DNA of 64,000 nucleotides, taken from Acidobacteriota bacterium (GTDB lineage: Bacteria > Acidobacteriota > Polarisedimenticolia > Polarisedimenticolales > DASRJG01). Shown in pieces: positions 8,261 to 17,987 of this stretch. Where the stretch lies: NCBI GenBank assembly GCA_032124015.1, contig JAQBEH010000057.1, forward strand, positions 3,584 to 67,583, read 5' to 3'. Each line of letters opens with the position of its first letter. The first letter of the stretch is position 1. A program made the position numbers and the translations under genes. Below the pieces are notes generated by a model. The model had not been told where the DNA came from. It saw nothing but the letters and a program-made list of their open reading frames with translations, and did no database searches.

Positions 8261-11119
8261 ATGCCGCTCACTCCTCGCACGAAACTCGTGCTCGGCGTCG
8301 TTTCCGTGGCGGCCCTGCTGACCGGCGCGGCCGCCTCGGTCGTCCAGCGCATTCCGCCCGGTCGGGTCGGTGTCCCGACGTCGCGACCCTTACGCACGGG
8401 GTGGACGGTCCACGCGCCGTTTTCCCCGCTGCCCACGATCGCGGCGCGCGGATCGCTCACGATGAGCGACATCGATCTCAAGACGACGGAGGGTAGCTCC
8501 CTCGGATTCAGGCTCGAGTTGCACTATTCCATCGCCGAGGCGTTTGCCCCGCAGTTGGCCGCTGACATCCGCCGCGACGGATTCGACGCCGCAATCGCGG
8601 GTCTCGCGCGACGTGTCTTGACCGACGTGGCCGGACGTACCGATGTCGAGTCCTTACTCGCCGAGCCGGCGCGCGTCGAAGGACCGCTCGCGGCAGCCCT
8701 CCGCGGGGCCGGCGTCACGCCCGAGACCCTGTCCTTCCGTAGCACGGTCGGCGACGAGCTGATCCGGCGACGACGCACCGACGAAGCGAGGGCCTCGGCA
8801 CGCGAACCGGACGGGCGATTGCTCGTGGTCGGCTGGGACGGCGCGGACTGGCGCACCGCCGAGCCGCTGATCGCCGCGGGCCGCATGCCGAATTTGGCGC
8901 GTCTTGTTCGGGAAGGCGCATCGGGAAACCTCCGATCGTACGATCCGATGTTCTCGCCGCTTCTCTGGACAACCGTGACGACCGGGAAACCACCGACGGA
9001 ACACGGGGTCGCCGATTTTCTCGTGAAGGACGCGGCGACCGACGAGCGGCACCCGATCACGAGCGACTTCAGAAAGGTCAAGGCGCTCTGGAACATTCTC
9101 GGCGACTTCGACATCACGTCAACATGGATTGGCTGGTGGGCGTCGTTTCCGGCGGAGACGATTCAGGGGGCGATCGTCACCGACTATCTGGCGGCCGCGA
9201 TCACCCGTAGCGGAGCGGAGGCCGCCGCAAGGACCTCGGGCATCGCCAGCCCAGCTGACTTCTTGACGGACCGGACCGGGCTGCTGGTCGCCCCGTCACA
9301 GATCACGAGGGATGAGGTCGCCCGGATCATTCCAGTGACCGAGGACGAGTATCGAACGGCCCTCGACGACATCGCCAAGCCCCCAAAGAAGGACTACGAG
9401 GTGCGTGTCGTCGACCCCGTCGGTTTCGTCATCCGCGTGCTTGCACAAGCGCGAACTTTTCACAACATCGCGATCGCACAGCTCGAGGCCGAGGTCCCGG
9501 TCGTTGCGGTTTACTACGAGGCGATCGACATGATGGGGCACGGCTTTCAGCACTTCCTCCCTCCAAAGATGTCCATCGTCTCGGAGGCCGATTTCCTTCG
9601 CTGTCGCGACGCCGTTCCGAATTTTTACGCGTGGCAGGATGAGCGGCTCGGCGAACTGTTGCGCGCGGCCGGAGCTCATACCATCACGATGGTCTTGTCA
9701 GACCATGGATTCCGCGTCGGGGAGGACCGCCCGAACTTTTCCCCCTCTACCCGGGGCCAACCCGAGGAGTGGCACCGGGACTGGGGAATCGTGGTGCTCC
9801 ACGGCCCGGGCGTCCGCGCGATTCGTCTTCCACCGTCGAGCATTTACGATATCGCCCCGACATTGCTCTATCTCACCGGTCTCCCGCTCGCCGACGACAT
9901 GCCGGGACGTCTCCTCACAGACGCGCTCGACCCCAGTTTGCTCCGAGTCCGCCCACCGTCGCGGACAAAGTCGTACGAACTCGTGGGAGCTCGACTCGAA
10001 CACGCGGCCGCTGTGAGCACCGATCCCGAGGTCATGCGCGAAATGATGGCCAACCTGAAAGCGCTGGGCTACGTCGGAGGGTCCGACGATGCGACGCCCC
10101 GGCCGGGAAGGACCGCAACGCCGGACGATCCCGCCGCGGAGGGCGGCGTAGCCGAGACGCAGTATTTCTTCCACAGGAACCTCGCCGTGTCGTACATGCG
10201 CCAGGGTCGCTATCGCGACGCGGAGTCGGAGCTCTTGCTCGCCAACGAGCGACAGCCACGTGCCAAGACGTTCGCGATGCTCAGCGAGGCGCGCGCTTCC
10301 GACGGACGCTACGCGGAGGCATCGGCCGCCCTCGAAGAGGGATGGGATCGCGTGCCGGGCGAAATGGAGCCGTCCACCTTTCTGTGGATCGTAGAACTCA
10401 AGCTCTTGGAGGGCGACCGGCTCGCGGCCGCAACGACGGCGCGCCGCTTTGCCCCGAAGATGTCGCCGGCCGTGCGTCCTGCCGTGGACGGGAGGCTGGC
10501 CGAGGCGGGCGGAGACACGGCTTCCGCCACCGCGCTCTACCGCCAGGCTCTCGACGAGGATCCCCTGCTGGTTCGCATCGCGCTCCGACTGCAGTCTTTG
10601 GAGGCTGCGGCGGGGCGGCCGTTCGCCCTCGAACCCTTCTTGACCTCGACCCTGGCGACCCACCCGGAAGTGGACACGTACTGGGACCTCGCAGGACAGT
10701 TCGCGCTTGCTCGCGGCGAGGCCTCTTTAGCCGTCGAACGCTTTCGGAGAGCGACCGATATCGAGCCGGAAAATGCAGACTACCTCGGCCACCTCGCCTC
10801 GGCATGCGCGGCGGCGGGAAGGCCCGACGAGGCGCGAGACGCGCTGTTGTGGGCGGGAAGATACCCCCCCCGCAACGCGGAGGGCTGGATGGCTATCGGT
10901 GCTGCATGGGACCGCCTTGGCGAGACCGACAAGGCCGTGGCTGCGTTTCGCAGCGCTCGCGATTCCGCCGGGGCCGGTCCTGGCGCGGACGCCGGAGCGG
11001 CCTTGGCGCTCGCTCGGGCCGGACGGACGGCCGAAGCGCTGGGGGTCCTGGAGGACGCCTTGCGGCGTTATCCCGACAGTCTGGCCCTGCGTCAGCTCGC
11101 GGCGCGTTTGGGCGGTTGA
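8261..11119 (+). CDS. Membrane-anchored SPFH-like plus alkaline-phosphatase-superfamily (type I phosphodiesterase-like) plus TPR protein
   Basis: N-terminal TM with VQRIPPGRVGV, AlkP motifs GWDGADW, SPLLWTTVTTGK, SDHGF, SIYDIAPTLL, LKALGYV, then TPR repeats. Confidence 0.82.
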   Translation: MPLTPRTKLVLGVVSVAALLTGAAASVVQRIPPGRVGVPTSRPLRTGWTVHAPFSPLPTIAARGSLTMSDIDLKTTEGSSLGFRLELHYSIAEAFAPQLAADIRRDGFDAAIAGLARRVLTDVAGRTDVESLLAEPARVEGPLAAALRGAGVTPETLSFRSTVGDELIRRRRTDEARASAREPDGRLLVVGWDGADWRTAEPLIAAGRMPNLARLVREGASGNLRSYDPMFSPLLWTTVTTGKPPTEHGVADFLVKDAATDERHPITSDFRKVKALWNILGDFDITSTWIGWWASFPAETIQGAIVTDYLAAAITRSGAEAAARTSGIASPADFLTDRTGLLVAPSQITRDEVARIIPVTEDEYRTALDDIAKPPKKDYEVRVVDPVGFVIRVLAQARTFHNIAIAQLEAEVPVVAVYYEAIDMMGHGFQHFLPPKMSIVSEADFLRCRDAVPNFYAWQDERLGELLRAAGAHTITMVLSDHGFRVGEDRPNFSPSTRGQPEEWHRDWGIVVLHGPGVRAIRLPPSSIYDIAPTLLYLTGLPLADDMPGRLLTDALDPSLLRVRPPSRTKSYELVGARLEHAAAVSTDPEVMREMMANLKALGYVGGSDDATPRPGRTATPDDPAAEGGVAETQYFFHRNLAVSYMRQGRYRDAESELLLANERQPRAKTFAMLSEARASDGRYAEASAALEEGWDRVPGEMEPSTFLWIVELKLLEGDRLAAATTARRFAPKMSPAVRPAVDGRLAEAGGDTASATALYRQALDEDPLLVRIALRLQSLEAAAGRPFALEPFLTSTLATHPEVDTYWDLAGQFALARGEASLAVERFRRATDIEPENADYLGHLASACAAAGRPDEARDALLWAGRYPPRNAEGWMAIGAAWDRLGETDKAVAAFRSARDSAGAGPGADAGAALALARAGRTAEALGVLEDALRRYPDSLALRQLAARLGG

Positions 11120-11141
11120 AACCCGTAGCCGACCGCGGTAA

Positions 11142-11171
11142 TTGCAGGCCCCGCCTGGGTTCCGCTACAGT
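11142..11171 (+). promoter_or_regulatory. Sigma70 promoter of the rimP operon
   Basis: TTGCAG-N18-TACAGT upstream of the rimP leader. Confidence 0.55.
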
Positions 11172-11188
11172 GTTGGACGTGTTTCGCC

Positions 11189-11216
11189 GAAGGGTGGGCG
11201 CAAGCCCACCTTTTTT
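11189..11216 (+). promoter_or_regulatory. rimP leader attenuator hairpin
   Basis: GGTGGGC-GCAA-GCCCACC followed by a T-tract just before rimP. This matches the known rimP-leader premature terminator. Confidence 0.8.
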
Positions 11217-11228
11217 ATTGATGGGACC

Positions 11229-11729
11229 ATGAAAGACGACAAGCAGAAGATCCTGGCCGAGGTCGAACGCGTCGCTCGAGAGATTGCGGCGACCCTTGGA
11301 CTCGAAATCGTCGAGTTCGTCTTTCACAGCCGGGGGCGGCACTCGCTCCTGCGCATCGACATCGACCGTTCCGGAATGCCTGGGGTCGGACTCGCCGACT
11401 GCGAGACTTTCAGCCGCACGCTGGGCGATCGGATCGAGGACCTTACGTTTTTCGACGCCCCCTACGATCTTCAGGTTTCGTCTCCGGGAATCGACCGCCC
11501 GATCCGTACCGATGACGACCTGCGTCGCAACACCGGACGGCCGGTTTGGATGGAATTTCGGGACGAAAATGGAAAGGTCCGAGAGCTTCGTGGCACCCTT
11601 TCCGGGCCCCACGGATCCGACGCGGTCTCGATCGCCACGGAGCACGGGGAGCTCCGGATTACGCGCGAGCGCATCGTGCTCATGAAACAAGACGTTATGG
11701 TCGGCGGAGGCAAGCGAAAGAACCCATGA
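11229..11729 (+). CDS. rimP: Ribosome maturation factor RimP
   Basis: LRIDID, DCETFSR, YDLQVSSPGIDRP motifs; lies upstream of nusA. Confidence 0.95.
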   Translation: MKDDKQKILAEVERVAREIAATLGLEIVEFVFHSRGRHSLLRIDIDRSGMPGVGLADCETFSRTLGDRIEDLTFFDAPYDLQVSSPGIDRPIRTDDDLRRNTGRPVWMEFRDENGKVRELRGTLSGPHGSDAVSIATEHGELRITRERIVLMKQDVMVGGGKRKNP

Positions 11730-11883
11730 AACCCGCGTGGTATAGTCTTACGGTCCCAGCGGAGCATTCGCGAGTCTCGGGTGCACCGGTTGTAGGAAGG
11801 GTGCGTCTGGACCTGGATGTTTGCGGGGATTGGAATGCCTCTCGCGCGCGCGTGCGTGTCGACGATGGAGGGGTCATCGGCCC

Positions 11884-13260
11884 ATGAGCAACGAGCTTTA
11901 TCAGACGATTGAAATGATCGGCCGCGAGAAGGGCATCGATCCGGATGTCATCATCCAGGCCGTCGAAGAGGCCTACGCGGCCGCGTCGCGCAAGTACCTT
12001 CACAGCAAGGAGGACTTCGGCGCGCGCTTCGACCGCGACTCCGGACGCTTCATCGTCTTCTCGAAGCAGACGGTCGTCACCGAAGACGAACTGATGGACC
12101 CCCACATCGAGATCACCGTCGAGGACGCGCGCCAAATCCAGCCCGATGCCGAATTGGGAGCGGTGATCGAAACGGTGAAGGATGGGATCGACGTCCCCTT
12201 GACCCGCATTGCCGCCCAGGCTGCGAAACAGGTCATCTACCAAAAAGTGAAGGAAGCCGAGCGCGAGATCGTCTGGCGCGAATACGGCGATCGCATCGGG
12301 GAACTGCTGACCGGCCAGGTCAAACGTTTCGACCGCGGCGACATGATCCTGGACCTCGGACGAACCGAGGGGATCATCCCCCGCCGCGAGCAGTCCCGCG
12401 CCGAGCACTACAACCCGGGAGACCGAATCCGCGCCGTACTCGTCAACGTGGAACGGCTCGGAAAGGGCCCGCAGCTGACCCTGTCCCGCGCGAGCGAGCT
12501 GCTCGTCAAGAAACTGTTCGAGATGGAGGTTCCCGAGATCTACGACGGCACCGTCATCATCGTCAGCGTCGCCCGCGACGCCGGCGAGCGCACGAAGATC
12601 GCCGCGCGCTCGAAGGATCGCGACGTCGATCCGGTCGGCGCGTGCGTGGGCATGAAGGGCTCGAGAGTTCAGGCGGTGATTCGCGAGTTGCGGGGCGAGA
12701 AGATCGACATCGTCAAATACGACGAGGATCCCGCCCTCTACGTGAGGCACGCGTTGAACCCCGCATCCATCAACCGCGTGTCGGTTCGCGACTACGAAGC
12801 CCGCGAGATGGAAGTCATCGTCTCGGAAGATCAACTCTCACTCTCGATTGGTAAACGCGGGCAGAACGTGCGTCTCGCGTCAAAGCTTGTCGGCTGGAAA
12901 TTGGACATCAAGAGCGAAGCGGAAAAGAAGGCCGAGATCGAGGTCGAGATGGAGCGGATGGCGCAGGCCAGTCGCGAGCTGTCGAGCCTTCCCGGCATCG
13001 CTCAGTCCACGGTGGCGCGGTTGCTCGACGCCGGGTTCCGCGGGATCGAGGAAATCTGCCTCGCCTCGCTCGAGGACCTCACGTCGATTGAAGGCATCAG
13101 CGAGGACGAAGCGATCGAAATTCACGATGCGGCCGAGCAGGCTTTAGAGGCTCGTGCCCAAGAGTACGAGGCCGAAGAGGCCGCGCAGGTGGCCGAAGAG
13201 GCCGCGCAGGTGGCCGACGAGTCCACGGAAACACCCGCGGACGAAACGGCGCAAGAGTAG
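11884..13260 (+). CDS. nusA: Transcription termination factor NusA
   Basis: RIAAQAAKQVI, S1 and KH domains (DPVGACVGMKGSRV, IGKRGQNVRLAS), C-terminal HhH/acidic region. Confidence 0.97.
   Translation: MSNELYQTIEMIGREKGIDPDVIIQAVEEAYAAASRKYLHSKEDFGARFDRDSGRFIVFSKQTVVTEDELMDPHIEITVEDARQIQPDAELGAVIETVKDGIDVPLTRIAAQAAKQVIYQKVKEAEREIVWREYGDRIGELLTGQVKRFDRGDMILDLGRTEGIIPRREQSRAEHYNPGDRIRAVLVNVERLGKGPQLTLSRASELLVKKLFEMEVPEIYDGTVIIVSVARDAGERTKIAARSKDRDVDPVGACVGMKGSRVQAVIRELRGEKIDIVKYDEDPALYVRHALNPASINRVSVRDYEAREMEVIVSEDQLSLSIGKRGQNVRLASKLVGWKLDIKSEAEKKAEIEVEMERMAQASRELSSLPGIAQSTVARLLDAGFRGIEEICLASLEDLTSIEGISEDEAIEIHDAAEQALEARAQEYEAEEAAQVAEEAAQVADESTETPADETAQE
13171..13217 (+). repeat. 21-bp tandem duplication in the nusA acidic tail (AEEAAQV x2)
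   Basis: GCCGAAGAGGCCGCGCAGGTG occurs twice exactly. Confidence 0.85.
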
Positions 13261-13287
13261 CAGGCGGCCAAGGCCGCGGGAGCACGC

Positions 13288-15834
13288 ATGCCGGGTGTAC
13301 GGGTTTACCAGCTCGCCAAGGAACTCAGGGTTCAGAGCGCTCTCATCGTCGAGTTGCTCGATCGTCTCGGGAAGGAGGTCCACTCCGACCTCAGCTCGAT
13401 CGATGACCTGACCGCGAGTCTCGTCCGGGAGCGGCTGACGGTCGCCCTGGCCGTTGAAAAGAAGCGTTTGTTGGAAGAACAGCGTGCGGACGACGACACG
13501 GCCGCCGTCGCCCCGCCCGCCGAAGCCCCGGCCGAGCCAACGCAGGTCGCCCTTGCGGCTGAGCCCGCGGCTCAGACGGTGGCGTCGCCGGGCGCCGAGA
13601 ATGAGGCCGCCGCGACGGTGCTCCCCACCAGCGAATCCGCGGCGCCAGCGGAGACGCCCGCGTCGGCACCCGGTGTTCCGTCATCGCCGACCGCCGTCCC
13701 CCCGACGCCTCCCGTGCCGCCCGGGCCGCCGCGGCCACGTCTTTTTGCCGCCAAGCGACTCGTTCCCAAAATGGTTCCGCCGCGATCCACGTCAGCCGGC
13801 GGCTACGGACAGCGCGGTGTCCCTCCGAGCCGCCCGCCTGTTCCCCCGCGCGCCGGGGACCTTGCACGCCTGGGCCCTCTGCCTCCGAGAACCGCACCCG
13901 CGGCCCCGGGCGCAGCCGGTCGCCCGCCCGCGCCGGGGTCGACCCGGCCTCCGGCCCCCGGTCGCGCCACGCCGTCAGCGGACCGCGAATCCCGTCGCGC
14001 CCGCGCCAAGGGGCTCGACATTCCGCCTCCGCCGTCGCGGCCGAAACCGGATTTGCCGCCGGTGCCGGCGTCGATTCAGCTCTCGGAATCGGTGACGGTG
14101 AAGGAACTCGCCGAGAAGCTGAACAGAAAATCCAAGGACGTCATCGCGAAGCTTCTCACCCGGGGCGTGTTCGCGAACATCAACCAGCCGCTCGACCCGC
14201 CCATGGCGATCGAAGTCGCGAAGGAATTCGGGTCCGACGCCGTGATCATCTCGTTCGAGGACGAGCAACGCCAAGACGCCGTGCCGGACCTCGAATTGGC
14301 CGTCGCCGGCTCCGGCGTCGTCGTTCCCAGGGCGCCGATCGTTACCGTGATGGGCCACGTCGATCACGGAAAAACGTCGCTGCTCGACGCGATCCGCGCA
14401 ACGAACGTGGTCAGCAGCGAGCACGGCGGAATCACGCAACACATCGGCGCCTACCAAGTCGAAGAGCGCGGGCGCAAGATCACGTTCCTCGACACCCCCG
14501 GCCACGAAGCGTTCACACTCATGCGAGCGCGCGGCGTCCGCGTCACCGACATCGTGGTGCTCGTCGTTGCAGCGGACGACGGTGTCAAGCCGCAAACCGT
14601 CGAAGCCATCGACCACGCGAAGGCCGCGGGCGTCCCGATCGTCGTCGCCATCAACAAGATCGACAAGGCGGATGCGCGCCCCGACCGCGTCAAGCAACAG
14701 CTCGCCGACCGCGACATCCTGATCGAGGAATACGGCGGTAAGGTCGTCTCGTGCGAAATCTCCGCGAAAAAGCGCACGGGAATCGAAGAGCTTCTCGAGA
14801 TGATCCTCCTCGTGGCGGACATCGCCGACCTCAAGTCCTCGGTCGATCAGTCGGCGAACGGCGTCGTGCTCGAAGCCAAGCTCGACCGCGCGCGGGGCAT
14901 CGTCGCCACGATCCTCGTGCAGAGCGGGACGCTTCGAATCGGCGACCCCTTTATCGCGGGCTCCGCGTTCGGCAAGGTGCGCGCCATGTCCGACGAACAT
15001 GGCCGGCGCATCGGCGCGGCCGGCCCGTCGACTCCCGTCGAGGTCATGGGTTTTGCGAGCGAGCCCACGGCGGGAGATCTCTTCCAGGGGGTCACGGACG
15101 AGATGAAGGCCCGCCAGATCGCCGGATTCCGCAAGGAGAAGCAGCGTGTCGCCGCGCTCGCGAAATCCTCGCGGCGCACGCTCGAGAGCCTCTCGCGGGA
15201 CATCGCCGAAGGCAGCGTCAAGGAACTGCCGGTGCTCATCAAGTCCGACGTGCAAGGATCCCTCGAAGCTCTGCAAAAGGCGGTTACCGAGATCGCGTCG
15301 GAGAAGATCCGAATCGGAATCCTGCGTGCCTCGACCGGCGCCATCACCCAGGCGGACGTTCTGCTGGCGTTGGCCTCGGGCGCCATCATCGTCGGATTCA
15401 ACGTCCGTCCGGACCGCGCGACGGCCGAACTCGCGCGACGGGAAGAAGTCGAAATCCGCCTGTACAACGTCATCTACGACGTCGTGAACGACCTCAAGCA
15501 GGCGATGATCGGGCGCCTCGATCCCACCACGAAGGAAACCGTACTCGGCCAGGCCGAGGCGCGTCAGCTGTTCCGCGTCCCGAAGATCGGCGTCATCGCC
15601 GGCTGCATGGTGACCGACGGAAACGTCAAGCGCACCGCCGAGGTGCGTCTCATCCGCGACAACGTCGTCATCTACACCGGCAAGGTCGGATCGCTCCGCC
15701 GATTCAAGGACGACGCCAGCGAGGTCAAGGCAGGATTCGAGTGCGGCATCGGCATCGCGAACTTCAACGACCTGAAGGAAGGCGACGTCTTCGAGTTCTT
15801 CGTGGTCGAGAAAGTCGCTGTGGAGAGCCTCTAG
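13288..15834 (+). CDS. infB: Translation initiation factor IF-2
   Basis: VRVYQLAKEL N-terminus, GHVDHGKT, DTPGH, NKID, GFECGI. Confidence 0.98.
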   Translation: MPGVRVYQLAKELRVQSALIVELLDRLGKEVHSDLSSIDDLTASLVRERLTVALAVEKKRLLEEQRADDDTAAVAPPAEAPAEPTQVALAAEPAAQTVASPGAENEAAATVLPTSESAAPAETPASAPGVPSSPTAVPPTPPVPPGPPRPRLFAAKRLVPKMVPPRSTSAGGYGQRGVPPSRPPVPPRAGDLARLGPLPPRTAPAAPGAAGRPPAPGSTRPPAPGRATPSADRESRRARAKGLDIPPPPSRPKPDLPPVPASIQLSESVTVKELAEKLNRKSKDVIAKLLTRGVFANINQPLDPPMAIEVAKEFGSDAVIISFEDEQRQDAVPDLELAVAGSGVVVPRAPIVTVMGHVDHGKTSLLDAIRATNVVSSEHGGITQHIGAYQVEERGRKITFLDTPGHEAFTLMRARGVRVTDIVVLVVAADDGVKPQTVEAIDHAKAAGVPIVVAINKIDKADARPDRVKQQLADRDILIEEYGGKVVSCEISAKKRTGIEELLEMILLVADIADLKSSVDQSANGVVLEAKLDRARGIVATILVQSGTLRIGDPFIAGSAFGKVRAMSDEHGRRIGAAGPSTPVEVMGFASEPTAGDLFQGVTDEMKARQIAGFRKEKQRVAALAKSSRRTLESLSRDIAEGSVKELPVLIKSDVQGSLEALQKAVTEIASEKIRIGILRASTGAITQADVLLALASGAIIVGFNVRPDRATAELARREEVEIRLYNVIYDVVNDLKQAMIGRLDPTTKETVLGQAEARQLFRVPKIGVIAGCMVTDGNVKRTAEVRLIRDNVVIYTGKVGSLRRFKDDASEVKAGFECGIGIANFNDLKEGDVFEFFVVEKVAVESL

Positions 15835-15837
15835 GGG

Positions 15838-16167
15838 GTGACGATCGGGCTCTTGACCTTCGAGATTCACCTGCCGCAATCGCGGTCGCTCAAGGACAAG
15901 CGTCAGGTCCTCCGCTCCGTCAAGGACCGTCTTCGCTCCCGACACAACGTGGCCGTCAGCGAACTCGAAGACGGCGCCGATCTCTGGCAGCGCGCGAGTG
16001 TCGCGGTCGTTTCGGTGGCTTCCCACCGCGACGTTTTGGAGAATCTCTTCGAGACGATCGTCCGTGAGACCGAGGGGCAGATTCCGGGGCATCTGGTCGA
16101 GACGGGGCGCGAGTTTCTCGAAGGGGCGGATGGTGGCCCGGGCGGTTGGGAGGAGGGGATCTCGTGA
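15838..16167 (+). CDS. DUF503 (YlxP) family protein
   Basis: SLKDKRQV..HNVAVSE..DLWQR motif; located between infB and rbfA. Confidence 0.9.
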   Translation: MTIGLLTFEIHLPQSRSLKDKRQVLRSVKDRLRSRHNVAVSELEDGADLWQRASVAVVSVASHRDVLENLFETIVRETEGQIPGHLVETGREFLEGADGGPGGWEEGIS

Positions 16168-16544
16168 CGCATCGCCGCAACGAACGCGTCGCCGAAGAAA
16201 TCCGAGGCGTGTTGGCCGAGGCGATCCGCGAGGTGCGGGATCCCCAGGTCGGCTTCGTCACGCTCACCGGCGTGGACCTCTCCCCCGACCTCAGGCAGGC
16301 CCGCGTTTACGTGTCCCGCATCGGTACCGAGGCCGATCGCGACGCGGCCGTGTCCGCTCTCAACCACGCCGGCTCGTTCCTGCGCCGCGCCGTAGCCGAG
16401 CGGGCGCGATTGCGTTTCACGCCGGCTCTCAGGTTCGTATCGGACGCGACGATCGAGCGCGGCTCGCGTGTGGAAGCGATCATCAGGGAACTCCACGCAT
16501 CCGACGACGAGACCTCAGACGACGATCCGGAAGACGCCGGGTGA
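16164..16544 (+). CDS. rbfA: Ribosome-binding factor A
   Basis: RNERVAEEI, VTLTGVDLSPDL, LRFTPALRF. Confidence 0.95.
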   Translation: MTHRRNERVAEEIRGVLAEAIREVRDPQVGFVTLTGVDLSPDLRQARVYVSRIGTEADRDAAVSALNHAGSFLRRAVAERARLRFTPALRFVSDATIERGSRVEAIIRELHASDDETSDDDPEDAG

Positions 16545-17443
16545 GCGACGACTGGGACGGACTTCTTCCGATCGACAAACCCGCCGGGCCGACGAGCCAT
16601 GACGTCGTGGCCCGGGTTCGCGCCGCGACCGGGTCGCGACGGGTGGGTCACACCGGAACGCTCGATCCGTCGGCGACCGGACTCTTGCTGCTCGTGCTCG
16701 GCCGCGCGACGCGTTTGGCTCGATTCGTCCCCCAGGCCCCGAAGACCTACCAGGGGGTTCTCGCTCTCGGCGTGACCACGACGACCGACGACCTCGCCGG
16801 GGACGTGGTGAACCGGCACGAGGGTGCGCTTCCGGGCGCCCAAGCCGTGCTCGCCGCCGCTGCCCAACGCGTCGGCCGGCAACTGCAGGTGCCTCCGGCG
16901 TTTTCGGCGCGCCAGGTGGGCGGCACGCGGATGTACCGGTTAGCGCGCCGTGGGGTGGTCGTCGATGCGCCGGCCACGGAGATCGTCGTCGAACGACTCG
17001 TCTTGGCGCCCACGGACGCCCCGGACCTCTGGACCTACGAGATGGTCGTTTCGGCCGGAACGTACGTCCGAGCCCTCGTCCGCGATCTCGGCCTCGCCCT
17101 CGGGTGCGGCGCGGCCGTGGCCTCGTTGCGCCGGACGGCGATAGGCCCCTTGCACGTGGACGACGCTCTCTCGCTTCCCACCGAGAAAACGGCGCTTTGC
17201 GATGCGGTTCGAGGCCGGCTGATACCGATCGACGCCATGCCGCTCGACCTCCCATCGGTTGCGCTGGACTCCCCTCTCGACGCCACCCGATTCGCCGCCG
17301 GTGGCGTCGTCACGATCGACGCGGCTCACGTCCAGGATTCGACTCTCGCCGCGGTCCGCGACGACCTCGGGAGGCTCCTTGGGGTCGGCCACAAGGGCGA
17401 AGGAACCCTCAGGCCACGGATGGTCCTGCCGCGGGAGGCCTGA
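16541..17443 (+). CDS. truB: tRNA pseudouridine(55) synthase
   Basis: DKPAGPTSHDVV, VGHTGTLDP, SAGTYVRAL. The GTG start overlaps the rbfA stop. Confidence 0.95.
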   Translation: MSDDWDGLLPIDKPAGPTSHDVVARVRAATGSRRVGHTGTLDPSATGLLLLVLGRATRLARFVPQAPKTYQGVLALGVTTTTDDLAGDVVNRHEGALPGAQAVLAAAAQRVGRQLQVPPAFSARQVGGTRMYRLARRGVVVDAPATEIVVERLVLAPTDAPDLWTYEMVVSAGTYVRALVRDLGLALGCGAAVASLRRTAIGPLHVDDALSLPTEKTALCDAVRGRLIPIDAMPLDLPSVALDSPLDATRFAAGGVVTIDAAHVQDSTLAAVRDDLGRLLGVGHKGEGTLRPRMVLPREA

Positions 17444-17576
17444 CTCCCGCGAACGACCGAGGGTTGTCGCCCGGCCGGCGGATGTGGTAGCGTCGGCCCG
17501 GTTTTTGGTCGCTCCCTTATTGAGTTAACCCATCTGGGCCGATCGCGTAAGTCGACGGCTCCGGAGGAGGATGCCA

Positions 17577-17846
17577 GTGGCCCTCGATCTCGCTCGCAAA
17601 ACCGACGTTATCCACGACTATCGAACTCACGATTCGGACACGGGCTCCCCTGAGGTCCAGATCGCCATCCTCACCAAGCGTGTCGCGCAGTTGGCCGACC
17701 ACTTCCGGTCACACGCCAAGGACTACCACTCGCGCCTTGGACTCATCAAGATGGTCGGCAAACGCCGCCGCCTGCTCGACTACCTGAAGCGCAAGGACTT
17801 TGGACGTTATCAGCGCATCATCGCCCGGCTCGGCATCCGCAAGTAG
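17577..17846 (+). CDS. rpsO: 30S ribosomal protein S15
   Basis: [27 protein letters not shown]; GGAGG RBS. A candidate promoter TTGTCG-N18-TAGCGT lies at 17464-17493. Confidence 0.97.
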   Translation: MALDLARKTDVIHDYRTHDSDTGSPEVQIAILTKRVAQLADHFRSHAKDYHSRLGLIKMVGKRRRLLDYLKRKDFGRYQRIIARLGIRK

Positions 17847-17987
17847 GCTTTTGCTCGCCGTCCGCGCGAACTCGGGGCCGCATCTCGCCCCCTCGACACC
17901 GGAACAAACTCAGGGAAGAGAACCAAGGGACCAAGGGAGTCCCTCCCGCGGCGATGACGTTTCGCGGGCGCGGCAGGAGGCACGGCG

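Noticed and set aside
13975-16092. 705-aa antisense ORF opposite infB
   Set aside because: Shadow ORF from high-GC codon bias; no recognisable motifs.
17444-17570. Absence of ribF between truB and rpsO
   Set aside because: Common gene-order variation; I saw no remnant or pseudogene.
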